Shown here: positions 12,577 to 25,435 of the stretch, one piece after another
Layout: each line of letters opens with the position of its first letter
Position numbering within the stretch: position 1 is the stretch's first letter
From: Nageia nagi
Lineage: Eukaryota; Plantae; Pinophyta
Direction: 5' to 3'
Length of the DNA: 64,000 nucleotides
Assembly: GCA_050084985.1 (NCBI GenBank)
Contig: JBITNC010000001.1
Location: 27,900,001 to 27,964,000 of the forward strand
Made by a program: the position numbers and the translations under genes
Notes under the pieces: generated by a model
What the model was told of the DNA's origin: nothing
Database searches by the model: none
The model's input: only the letters and a program-made list of their open reading frames with translations

Positions 12577-14074
12577 CCAATATTAAACACACACAGTAAT
12601 AATGTGAATACCCATTGAATGAAAAATGAAGAGCACTGCAACAGGTTAAAATAATGAATGGTATGTCAACTTCGGAAATAATAGTATATCAGTTTGAGAA
12701 TGTTCAATCTTCAGGTTTGCCGAAAGCAATGTTGCAATTTGGGATTCGAAACAAACATATACCCAGTGATATGATGATTCCACTTCCATATTTGAAAGTA
12801 TGCATATCATATGACTCCAAACTCCATCTCGTTTTGTGACTCATTAATTAAATATTATCACCATACAGGCCCATATCTTATTATTCATCTTGGCGACACC
12901 CTCACCATCATACTCAGAAACAGCATGCTGAAGGAAGATGTAGGCATATACACATGGATGCTGATACACAAGTGTGTTTGCTTGTATTCATGTATATGAT
13001 GCTTTATTATGCATTTTTGAAGGTTTGCTTGGCATACTTGGATATTAGATCAGAAGACTTGGAAGATACATTGTTGTAGTAGTTCATAACTATCAAATCC
13101 ATTGGTGGGCTGGTTCAGTTTAAGTTAGTGATAACACTTTATATTCTTTTTTGTCACGTCTGTCCAGGCAACCAACTGATTACCTAGCCTACTATTTCTG
13201 GATAAACACAGAAGTATAGTCTTTGTTAAAAGACCTGCTTTCAAACATCAAAACAACCAAGATGAAGAAATCCCTGTTAGAAAGAAAGTTGGCATGCAAA
13301 AGCAAGATGTCTTGAGTGTCCGGTCCTGAATATTGCAGAAGTAGCAAAGCTTAAGAAAGGAAATTTTTTTCATTTTTCAACCTTTTGAATTTCTTTGTTT
13401 TTGATGTGGAAGTGTCAATTGTTTAATCCTAACGGTTTTATATAGCCATCTTTTATTGCCATGTAAACATTGTTTATTATCCTTAGGGTGATTTTTTTCC
13501 TCAATTTCTCATGTGAACTTTGATTTATGACCCCTAATGCATGACTTATTACTAAATAATTTATGGTCAATAAATATTGCATATTGAGGATGTAGCACAG
13601 TTTATGATTATAAAACTTAATTGCATCAATTATGGTGTTTCCCACTTCTGTGAGATTTGGCAAATTGTGCTTAACCTTTAGTAAAACTAAGGTGATGTTT
13701 TTAGCACGTCATGGAATATAATGCCCACTTTGTTGGTGACAAATTGTAGATGCAAAATATGTGTGTGCTGTAAACGTAACATCTTTCACTTTATGAAAAA
13801 ACTTTAATGTTTGTGGTTATGTGTCTTTATGAAATTTCTCTGAAATTATATTGAAATATGCAACCCAGTACTTCCTTATTTGTTCTGGATATACCATCTA
13901 GTTGAAATTAGTGCACATCTGAAAAACAGAACCAGCAGATTTTTCAAATTATTTTGCAATGATTTAAAAAACCAAAAAGAATAAATATAAGATCAGTTTT
14001 CTTATTTGTTTTTGCATCTGTAGTGGAGTAGGATTTTGTATTAATTATTTTTTCTGCTTTTTACGTTTATTCAG

Positions 14075-14179
14075 CTGCTTCGTCCTATATATAAGCAAAT
14101 TGCGGAGAATCAAAATGCAGAAATATTTTCTGCAAACACTTTACTAGTTGTGCTTGGGACAAGTCTTCTGACAAGAAGG
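14075..14179 (+). CDS. KEA2: KEA1/KEA2 internal exon ([35 protein letters not shown])
   Basis: attcag acceptor, AGG|gtatgt donor, 105 nt, conserved KEA peptide. Confidence 0.94.
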
Positions 14180-14286
14180 GTATGTGTTATCGTCTTGTTA
14201 TGTTGAAGTGTATCGAAAGGGTTCAATCATCAAGAAATGGAGAGTCACGTTATCTGACTATCATCTTATGGTTGGCAATCGAACAG

Positions 14287-14415
14287 GCTGGGCTGTCTAT
14301 GGCCCTGGGAGCATTTCTAGCTGGTTTACTTCTTGCAGAGACTGAGTTTTCTTTGCAGGTGGAATCGGACATTGCTCCATATCGTGGCCTTCTTCTTGGG
14401 CTCTTTTTTATGACA
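14287..14415 (+). CDS. KEA2: KEA1/KEA2 internal exon ([43 protein letters not shown])
   Basis: aacag acceptor, ACA|gtaagt donor, 129 nt. KefB/KefC-like CPA2 signature; lies within ORF 14182..14487. Confidence 0.96.
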
Positions 14416-15829
14416 GTAAGTCTACTTGCTCGGCAGCTATACAACTGTTTTATCATCAGAAATGTGCTTTTCGTTCATATTTGCTGATAGATTTCTTTAA
14501 CACTGTTTTATCATCAGAAATTACTTAAAATACGGTGGCTGTTTAGCAAGATAAACATCTATGAAAGATTATATTTGATAAACCTGGGTGGAATTATGCT
14601 TTTTTATAGTTTGGTTATCATTCAGATCCTTGGGAAGGAATATGGCATCTTACATTTTCTGTACACTTTATTTACTAATATTTATAATACCAGGAAGCAA
14701 ATCAACGCAGATAAATTTCCCCATCCAATGCTCTATCTATATCATTATCTTCAATTGTAGTGTTTGCGTAGAACACCTGCCAATCCATTGTGTATATAAA
14801 TATACAGAGACATATAAATGATTGTTTGAAGAGCTATCATTAAAGATGGCCATTTAGTGAAAAATATGTTTTTAACCCTTATTATGTGGTAGTATATAAG
14901 CAGACTTTAAAGTTTCCAGGTGAGCAATCATAATGTTAACAAATAGCTTTCATAATTCTTTGAGGGACTTAACATTATAAATTCAGATATTTCTTTCATA
15001 AATTTTCATAGCATATTTGAGATGCTGTCCTGTTTTCCAAGTGAAAAACCATTTTGAAGTGTATCAAATGGCTCATTCCCATCAGCATTTCTTCCATAAA
15101 ACCATTCCTGCGATCTGTCCATATTTTCTTTCTTGGCACTACTATGTGCTGTGTTCAGTATTTTTGTTTTTTATTTTCCTTTTATATCTTAAGTAATACT
15201 TTTTATAAGAAAAATGATTTCAATATGTATTGGCTCATTCCCAATGTAAGAAGTTAGAATAAATCGTGCAAATCTAATCTGTAAACTTCTGTAAGCCATG
15301 CTATTTGAAAAGTCATCAAATACAGATTTTGTTATTTAAATTTCAGAATTCAATTATGCAAGAAAAGGGCTGCTGGCAGTCCAAAAGTTGCAGAAAAGGG
15401 CCGTTGACAGTCCTATTTTCAGTGAATTCTTTTATCAAATTTGAAGTGCAATTGCAAAATACTGGAAGGAATTTACTAACAGCATCAAAAGACACTCACA
15501 CATAGTTGAAACAGTTGGATTTATACTGGTTCCTTCCAATGTGGAAGTACATCCAGTTTTAACATCTCTTCTTCATTATTGATCAATGATTCAAGAAGCT
15601 ACAACTACAACAAACTGAATGCTATGTCATCCTTTGGACATTCTTACACATTCCAGCTTTGATGGCTTTTTCAATCCCTCTCTTGATCAACTCCTCAAAT
15701 ACTTATTAAGCCTCCCTCTAAGTGACTCAAGAATATCAATTTTAGTTTTCTCAAGTTCAAACTTGACTCAAGAACCTTCAGCTGGTTTCTTCAATGGCTA
15801 TGTCTCAAACCTCCCTCTAAGTGGCTTCA

Positions 15830-17203
15830 TGAGATAGACAAAACACAGAAAACACAAATGCTCCACAAATATAACAGGAACGGAACTTAATGTTTGTATT
15901 CTTTTCTTTGTTTTCATTGAACATGAAAGTGCAAGTTACATCAACTAAGAATAACTGGCCATAATCTGCAATTCTGAGATACCGACATACAAATCACTGA
16001 ACAATTATCAAATCAACATTCAAACCCAAAGAGCACACCTCATATCTGACCAAGTTTCATCACCAAAACTGAATGCTGTGGACAAGAGGAGGAAATTGAG
16101 CTCAGATTTAATCAAAAGACTTCAAATGAGTGCCTTCAGCCTCCCAACGAACTGTCTCAAGCCAATAATATGTCCTAGCTGGCAGATTTATTCCCTATTC
16201 CCCAACGTTGGCTGTGAGAGCAGAGAACAATAACTAGAATATGGCTAAAACAATGCACCAATGATCATTTGGTCTGACGTTAGCCTACAGGGCAGTCCTC
16301 TTGATTCCCAGACTAAGTAAATAAGCTCTCAATAACCCCAACGAACCAGTATTCTTTTCAGATCTGTTGTTGCACACAAGAATATGAAACACGTAAAACA
16401 CTGTTGATGGGTATTAGCTCTCAGATCCTCTCTTCAAGCCTCCAGTACATCGGATCTAATGGCAATCCCTGTAAAATGCTTAGCAGAATACTAAGGCCCA
16501 AGAGCATGCAATCTCTTCAAAGTTTTCTTCCAAAACCAACCCTCCCAATAGAAACCCTATTCATCTTTTATGCTCAGTTCGAAAAATGAAATCTAATCTT
16601 GGCCATTGATCTCCCCAAGATCTAGAGGCTAAGATTTGTCCTTAAGAAAACAACTTAAAAACACTTAATAATAATAGGATCTACTTAAGACAAAAGACCC
16701 CTCTCACATGCAACATTGGCTATAGGAACATTTACTTCAATTCTAAATAGTAAAGTCGTCTAAGGAAGACCAACGTCCCACTAAGGGTTGTCATATGTAA
16801 TTTGTAACTTCTCACATGCACAGGTGACTGACGTCCCACTAGGAGTTATTATTTTTTATTTCCAAAGTCAAAATTAGCTAGGAATATCAACGTCCAGCTA
16901 GAGATACTATTTATTATTTTTTTAATGCTAAATATGCAAGGCTTAACCTCCAACGTTTCAGCTGAGGACCACAGCCCATGTGGGTCTGCATAGTGCTAAA
17001 ATCTGTCCTTTGTCTGCCCAACGAATCTGCCAAGAATGCTTACAAATCTGAATAGCATGTTATTTCATGTCTTCTTCACATCAAACTGCCTTCTACAGCC
17101 CAAACTCATTTATTTTCTCTTTTATACTACAAAACTAAACCTAACATGCACTGAAAAACAAAATTTTATTTATTTACAGAGAGGAAATTTTTGGGACATT
17201 ACA
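15830..17203 (-). mobile_element. solo LTR (1374 bp)
   Basis: TG...GGGACATTACA with perfect TSD CTTCA (15825-15829 and 17204-17208). Confidence 0.8.
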
Positions 17204-17626
17204 CTTCACTATCTTCCTCTAAGAGTACAATGAACAAAAGATACATATGAAATTCCTTCTCATATGCATTACAAATATGTACTAGAAACACATGCTATAC
17301 CTCCCATTAATACAACATACTCCCACACAATGGTATTTGCCACCATAACACTATGTGGTCTATCCAATAAATGAAAAAATAGCATAGAATGACTATGATG
17401 TTGTTCAACCTACACTATACATTTTGGAGATGAAAAGAAACAAGCCGCCATGAAGCTTTGTCCAACCTTGGGCTAATTCCCAACCAATTCTTGGTAGTAA
17501 CAGTAGTCATTCATGGACAGGTCTGCTCCAACAATGTTAGTAGCCTAACCACTTCTTGTGGCTACAGTCCTCTCTTCTATCTTTCCGGTCACCTTTTCTC
17601 TTTTTCTCCTTTCCCTTTCAAGTCTC

Positions 17627-20600
17627 TGTTGGGAAGGAAATCTTTCCTCTTACTTGATGATTGCTGTGAGACGATCAAGATGGGTAAGCAACCTAGTAGG
17701 AGGTGAGAACGTGTTACTGAACTCCTTTTGTAAGGACTGATACCCCAAGGTTTCTCATGCAGCTTGTGTTATTAATACAAGCTTAATGCGTGTAGGTCTT
17801 GTTTGGGAATCAATTGAGTGGTGTAATAGAGGTAGTAATTATTAACACACATTTTTTATAGGGATTGAGGTGTCAATCTTGCAATAGTTCGAAAGTTGCT
17901 ATGGATTCAAAGAAAGTGTAAAATAAGGAAAAAGAAAAAGGGGACGAGAATGTTCAATATTGGTGAAATGACAAAGAAAAAGTCACAGCGAAGTAGTGTC
18001 TAAGGTTTCTTACTTCCAGATTAGTTAAGAAGTCTCATTTGAAGTCTTCTAGCCTAAAAATAAAATGACCTAAGTCCAATCTATCCTTAAGAGGAGTGGG
18101 GGGAGCAAAGCTGCTATTGACACACCTAAGTGTAATTGATAAGCAATAAGCAGAAAATACGACACAACAAGTGCGCACAAACTTTGTTTTGAATGAAAAA
18201 TTCTAATTTGATGTCATAGAATGAAAAAAAATCTCAGAATACGTTCACTTACTATGCAAACTATGGATTGGCAACAATCTCGGAATGATTCAAGAACTTT
18301 TAAAAATTTTCAAATTTTTTTCCTAAAATTCAAAAATTTTCAAAGAAAAGTGTGAAATATTTTAAATCATTTAAATAGGATCCAAAATGGTCAAATCCAC
18401 AATCCCACAAATGACAAATCCTTTTGATTCAAATAGTTCACCACTTTGTATATATTTGTGCAAAAAATTACAAGGATACATCAATTTGCTAATTTTCCAC
18501 AAATTTGCTCTAGAAACATTCTTCTAAAAAAGTGACCTCTATGGTCTATTTATAGACTTTTTAGGTCAAATTCTTGAGTCTTGCCCTAATTGTTAAAAAT
18601 CTATTTTTGGGAGTTTAAAACTAAATAAAATTACAATTCGAGTTATGGGAGCAACATATTCATCCCATCAACAATATATGCTATATACATTGAAATTCTA
18701 GCCATCTGCACGGATTTGAGAGCCATTACGGTAATTTTAAGCCCATTTGCTTGTATTTTGGAGAAAAATAACAAAGACTTCTCTTGCAGGTGTAGATGCT
18801 TGGTCTTTTGGCAATTCCTCCAAGGATAAAAATGCCTAGCTTGGTATTCCTCAAAATTCCCATGTTTTTGATTTTGAGTTTGAGCTTTTTGCCGAAATAT
18901 CCATGTTTACATTGGTCGGGTGGAAGTGGTTCAAGCTTTTTAAAAATCCCTCTCCTCCAAAATAATCAAATGGTCATAACTTGCTCAAGTCTCATTTTTT
19001 TTCAAAAATTCCAACAGGGATGGATGCTCCTCACCATTCTACATATGATCCTCAATTTTCACCTTTTTTCATTTTTCTTGATAAATGAAGACTTTTAGCC
19101 TTTTCATGGATTTTGAGAATTTCTCATGTTTTTCTTCTTTTCAAACAAAAATTGTTTTAGTGCTCAAATTTGGTGCTGAAGTGTGCTTTGGTGCTTTACT
19201 AACCATGTTGATTGATCATGAGAATACGGTTAGTTGAGTTTTAGTGCTCAATTGTCTTGACTGATTGATCACAAAATTTACAAAAACTTGGAGATTGACT
19301 AGTTTTGAAGTAATTGATCCAGGGATTGTCCGCAAGATGCAATGACTTCTTTAAAGTTGAATTGAAGTTGTTGGGCCGGTTGATGAATTTGCTTGATGTA
19401 GTTGATCCTAGGCTGACTGATGTAGCTAATTGAATTGCTCATTTTTGACTTACGATATCCTCAATATAATGGAAATGGGTACTCAAATCCATTCTGAAAA
19501 TCATTTTCTAGCTTGGTGCATTTTGCATGCTTTGTAGTGTCATTTGAAGTTCCCAAAGGTGCGTTTTGCATGCTCCATTGAGTTTGATGTCATCAAACCG
19601 TCCCATTCTTGCTTCTAGCTCTAGCTTGTGCAAATCTTGTCCATTTTGCTTGCCTTTTGGACTAAGGTGTGTAGAATCCAAATGGGTATGTGCATATGAA
19701 ATCTTATGAATTTTGAAATTTTGACCCAAACCCATGAATTACTCTACTAGATGCCTTTTTTGGGTTTGATGTCATCAAACCATGCCAAATCCCTGCCTAG
19801 AATTTTGGCTACTCAAACTTTGTCAAAAATGAAAATTTCATGGTTTAATATTACTTATAATCACCTTCTCCATGCATCCCTATGCTCAAATTTTTGTCAA
19901 AAATGAACTTCATCATTTGGAGGTAGGCGCTAAAATTCACCCCTTTGATGTCATCAAAGGCATACAAATCGCCGCCTAGATTTTTGGGTGTCCAAACTTG
20001 TTCAAAATAAAAAAAATTGAAGTTTGAATGTTCTTAGAATCAACTTCTCCATGCAATGATTTCTCAAAATTGATTTTCTTGAAAATTTACTTTTCTCTCC
20101 TTGATTTAGGCACCAATTCACCCCCTTTGATGCTCTCAAAGGTATGCAAAACTTCCCTAGATTTTTGGGGTGAAAAACTTGCTTAAAATAAAAAAATCCA
20201 AAGTTTAAACCTTCATGAAATAGCCCTTTCCATTCATCCTTATGCTCAAAAATGGATTTTTCTCAAAATTTTACTTTATGCTGTGGGGGTAGGTGCTAAA
20301 ACTCAACTCGTTGATGTCATCAAAGGGGAGCAAAACTTCCCCTAGTTTTCATTTTTGCATGCTTGGTTGAAATCCAAAGCCTAAACTTGCTTGGAATGAC
20401 GTCCTCTATTGGCCCGTGCTCTTTGAATTCAACTCTAGCAAATTTTGAAAAACGATGCCATTGATGATATCTCTCAAAACTGTTGACTGGATGCTTTGAT
20501 ACTCTTTAGGGTCTTTGTCACACGATTTTCGTGAATCACTCCCTAATATCATGTTTGCATTGTCCATAATCAACTATTCGTCACTAACGCCAATATTAAG

Positions 20601-20677
20601 GTAGTGCACCTCATTGCCTTTGCAAAAATAGGGTCCCCATAATCTTATATTTTGGGGTGTGTTGTGCGGGCACAGCA
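17627..20677 (-). mobile_element. solo LTR, Tat-like giant-LTR group, no internal ORF (3051 bp)
   Basis: Minus-strand ends TGCTGTGCCCGCACAACAC...CCTTCCCAACA with perfect TSD GTCTC. CTATAAATA on minus near 18550. Termini are similar to 46742-52912. Confidence 0.87.
19583..20324. repeat. ~181-bp tandem units each carrying palindrome TTTGATG-T-CATCAAA
   Basis: Palindrome copies at 19583, 19765, 19944, 20126 (variant) and 20310 (spacing 179-184 bp), with similar flanks. Confidence 0.85.
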
Positions 20678-22769
20678 GTCTCTCGGAGGATAAAGAAAGG
20701 TACTGATGTCTTTGTGATTTGCCCATGGCGCTTCAACTCTCTAAACAACTCCAACCGCTTTAGTTTCCTTGAGAATTGTGTCAGGAATAGGACCGTTGGC
20801 AGTTTTTTTGTGACAGAAATGGACCGCTAGTGGTCCTCTTCCTACAGAATCTCATCACCAAAATTTGAGAATAAGCTTAATTCCTCACATGGTAGATGTT
20901 GGTGATGCCCATCTCTACTTTTGATAATTTATATTCCAAAATAGATTTCAATTTCGGATCAAAATCGGAGCTCAAATGTGTATTTTATTGCAAAAATACA
21001 CTTGCAAATTTTTTTTTTTTAATTAATAGACCCAAATTTTATTTAAAAATTTAAATATTTAATTTTTTAATTTAAATTGAAAATATTTTAAATTAAATGA
21101 AAAAAAAGGGTCGACAAAGGTGGGTGAGGGTGTTAAGGTGGTGTAGGGGAGGGGTGCGTGGGTGGTGGGAAGTGTAAGGGGCTGCCACAGTGATGAGTGG
21201 CCATATGGGTGTGTTTTCAAAAAATGGACAAGGTTTTGAAATTGGCAAGCGATCGGTAAGATTGGGTAGGTGAAACACAGTGTAACCATGGTGGGTGCCA
21301 GGTGATTGCAAGGTGGTTTTACGAAAATACAAGATTTTTCAATGTTGGTTTTCATAGAATGCATGACACAAAGGGTTTAGGCTAGACAACATGACAAAGA
21401 GGTTTTCAAACACAACTCTATTTCACCGAAAAAACGCAACACAACACCAATATTTTTTTAAATAAAACCACAGACCACAAGACCACCACAAAATACCAAG
21501 AACCGGACCATAAACCCTACATACAGATTGAAACTTCAGAGAAGGATTTCTTGCATAAATGGGCATAAAAACTTGTGATGCAATACGAAATCGATTAACT
21601 CTAAAATTGATATTCGAATATGGACTCATATCTCGATTTGGCGGAATAGATTTTGCAAAGACGAAGGGCAAAGATTTCGGGAAATTTTTGGTAGAGTTTT
21701 TCTTTTTTTTTGGAGATAACAAAGTTCTTGGTCTTCATCAAATCTTGGTCTTTAGGAGTTCTTGGTCTTCAACACAAGCTCCAATACCAATGTAAGAAGT
21801 TAGAATAATTCCAAGGCAAAAAGCATTGTATTGGATTTGATTTGAGAATAAATACATCATAAAGTAACTTTAGAAGTTCATCTCCATGGGTGACCTTTGG
21901 ATTACACATGAACTCTTCATATGCCCTTCCTTATTACTCCTAAAAATCAAGTAAACTCCTATAGCAGAATTTGCTAAATATAGTAAGTACTACTATATTA
22001 ATACCATAATTTGTATGGATTAAGTGTCTACCCAACAACATTTCTGTAACCTGGAGATATGGAAATACAATACGTCATAAATAAGTACAATTCACTCACA
22101 TTCAAAAATGAAAATAAAAAATGACTTAACATAGGAAATGAAATGATATACAAGGATATGATACAAGTATTTATAGGTGAAGATACAAATTGCAAGGAGA
22201 AGTTGATTGGGGAGGTTTGGATGCTTGCCCTTGATGATCACAAGAATCAGTGAAAACCTTGATAGTGATCAAACATTCCCTGTTTGTTAGTAGCAACGAC
22301 TAATAATCAATGCACACAAATATTCATATGATTAAATGAAGATTCTGGAATGATAATAGTGTTAGAATGAATAATACATTAGATATTAGATACAAGTATG
22401 TAGAATGAGATAGATATGTAAAGAAATACATTAGTATTATTACCAAGGTTACACATGGGTCGAGAATGGGGATTGGTAAATACGTATCTGGGGATGGTAT
22501 GAGATGGGGACATGATTTTAGGGGATGGCTTGAAAACGACAAGTATATAACTAGTAAAAATTCTTAGAATTTTCAGATTTTTGAGAAATAAAGATAGTTT
22601 CTACATTCATATTATGAATTCAATTAATTCATTCATGAAACATTGAAATCAAATATGAAATATTGAAATTTCAAATTCAGAATTGAGAATTCTTAAACTT
22701 GAAATTATGGCTTAACATTTTCCCCCTCCATTTCAACTTCTCACCCATTGTGGCTCATGCTAACAATTT

Positions 22770-25430
22770 TAATTTGGATAGATTTTGGCAATATGTCACT
22801 CCAATTGAGGGGGTTCGAGGTAGTTCTACATATTTTAGGTGCAATCTATGTGACAAGCCTATCCGAGGAACAATTACAATGTTCAAAGGACATCTTTCCG
22901 GGAGACCAAGGAGCGATGTGGAGAGTTGCCCAAATGCAACTTCAGATCTTGCTTTGGACGCAATTAGAGCCTTGGATTCTATTGTTGAGAAAAAAGAGAG
23001 GAAACAAGCAATTCAAATGGAGCTAGGAGGGATGAGCTCTTCTATTGCAAGTGGAAACGTTTCCAATCCAAGTGTAGGTGCAAGTGCAAATGCAAGTGCA
23101 AGTAGACCTAGTGGAAGTGCAGTCCCAAGAGGGGTTGGAATCCATTCCTACTTTTAACTCCGGACAACTTTTAGATCCCAACCAACCATTATCAGTATGT
23201 TGAAGAAGAAGGAGAAGAAAGAAGCTGATTTGATGTTAGCAAAATTGATCTATTATAAAGGAGTTCCGATCCACATTGCCAGGAGTATATTTTGGCAACC
23301 AACGATTGATGCAGTGGCTAACGTTGGACCTGGGTATTTGGGGCCTACTCATGCAGAAATGCAAGGGTCTCTCATGAAGGATCTCAAGCAGGAAGTTCGT
23401 GAAAGGTCTGTAAAATTGTAAATTAGTAATATCAAATTTCAATAAATAATATGAATTACATTTTTTAATTGCTTTTTTATTTAGTTGTTTTATAATTTAT
23501 TTTAGTTTTGTTTTATTGTTTTTAGAATGGTTGATATTGAAGAATCTTAGAAGTTGTCGGGTTGCACAATATTATCTGATGGGTGGTCGGATAATAAGAG
23601 TAGAAGCTTGATTAATTTTTTGGTATACTCCAAATATGGTACAATATTCAAGAAATCCATTGATGCATCCGGTAAGGCAAAAGATGCAAACTTGTTATGT
23701 GACTTATTGGATGAGTTTGTGACGGAGGTGGGGTCGGAGCATGTTGTTCAGGTGGTCACAGACAATGCTTCTAGTTATGTTGCAGTAGGTACCAAGCTCA
23801 TGAATATGTATCCCTCCTTGTACTGGACTCCGTGTGCTTGTCATTGCATTGATCTTCTTTTGGAGGACATAGGAAAAATGGCTTGGGTGAAAGAGGTGGT
23901 TGACCAAGCAAGGACAATCATGAGGTACATCTATCTTATCTTGTTTTATCTTATCGTATTTTTTTGTTATCTTATATTCTTACTCTTAGACTATATTGAT
24001 TCTTAATTTCTTATATTGTGTTACCAAGTATAGTTATAGTAAAACCACTGTTCGTAGTATGTTGAGGAGGTACACCAACGACAGGGACTTGTTGTGCTCA
24101 GGAGTTACTTTTTTTGCCTCCAATTTCATCAGCCTTTAGTCGATATTTCAGAACATGCATGAGTTGCATTCCATGTTTGTTTCTAGAGAGTTGAGTGATA
24201 CAGCCATAAGCACAAGGCTAGAGGGTTTGGTCGTGTCTTCATTGATATCCAGGGATGAGTTTTGGGTGATGCTCAAAGAGATTTGTAGCATGAAAGCACC
24301 ACTTGTATGAGTCCTTTGATTGGTTGATAGTGATAGGCTCACTATGGGCTATTTGTATGAGGCTATGGCTAGGGCCAAGGAGGCCATAATGCATTATTAT
24401 ATTGACCACCCTGATGAGGATAATGAGTTTGGTAACAAGTACATGGCATTTTGGTATCTCATTGATGAATGGTGGTGGAATATTTTGTATCGCTCTATTC
24501 ATGGAGAAGGGGCCATCTTGAACCCTATCTTGTATTTTGCACCAAACTCAAAATACAAGACTGATACTCATGCTAACTTGGGCCTTACAAAATGTGTAGT
24601 TGGCATGATTCAGAATCCCACCACTCAATCCAAAATGTTCAAGGAGCTTGAGTCATACAAGCACTCCTGAGGCCTCTTTGGGCATCAATCCGCTAGAGAG
24701 GCATGTTTCACGATTGCTCCAGGTGAGAAAAATTCAAAGTTCATGCATTACTTTTAACTTTTTAAGTTTTAAGTTTATACATTTAGGCATTTACAATTTT
24801 AAATATTTAATGTTTTCTTATTTGATATTACTACATTTTTTAGAGTTGTGGTGGGCGAATTTTGGGGGTGAAACACCTGAGTTGCAAAGATTTGCCATCC
24901 GCATCCTTAGTCAAACGTGTAGCGCTTTAGAATGTGAGTGCAATTGGAGTGCATTTGAAAAAATTCACTCCAAGAAGCACAACAGGTTAGTAATTTGATT
25001 CATTTCAATTGTGATTCTTTTCAACTATCAAAATGTAATGGAAATTTCTTACTTCACTCTCAATTCTCAATTTCTCATTATCTCATTTTTTTTTTATGTG
25101 AATAGGTTGACAACACAACGCTTGAATGATATTGTGTACATTTATGTCAACCTACGATTGTATGTGAGGCAACTGCAAAAGAAGGATGAGGATGAGCCCA
25201 TTAACTTCACTGCCATTGATCCCTCATACAGGTCATCATCTTTGTTTTACTCACGGTTCACCTAGCACCCCTTACATGTGATTTCTAAAATATATTGATA
25301 GGTCCTATAAAAGTGTATTTGTTGACTTTTTTTTTGCTTTTTTGACAGCGATGCACCTCTAGTTTATTCATGCCTCCCTACAAGCATTAGGAAAAAAGGT
25401 GGAAGATAAGCTTCTTGTACCCGTTGAATT
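22770..25430 (+). pseudogene. hAT transposase pseudogene (BED zinc finger, DUF659, hAT dimerisation domain) with introns
   Basis: FWQYV...CNLC...KGHL...C (BED finger); GCTILSDGWSD...LINFLV...KSIDAS...VVQVVTDNA...WTPCACHCIDLLLEDI; WWANFGGETPELQRFAIRILSQTCS...NWS...RLNDIVY. Contains stops and frameshifts. The 3' end is fused to copia gag near 25435. Confidence 0.92.
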
Positions 25431-25435
25431 GAGAG

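Larger units (their letters stand above)
15245..22037 (-). mobile_element. degenerate LTR element (copia-like) hosting two solo LTRs
   Basis: 5' LTR ~21791-22037 with tRNA-Met PBS TGGTATTGGAGC on minus (21778-21789). The LTR terminus TGTAAGAAGTTAGAATAA recurs exactly at 15245-15262 (3' LTR remnant). The internal region is highly decayed and no TSD was found. Confidence 0.55.

Noticed and set aside
14182-14487. Stand-alone 101-aa ORF
   Set aside because: Only 14287-14415 is exon; the rest is intron read-through.
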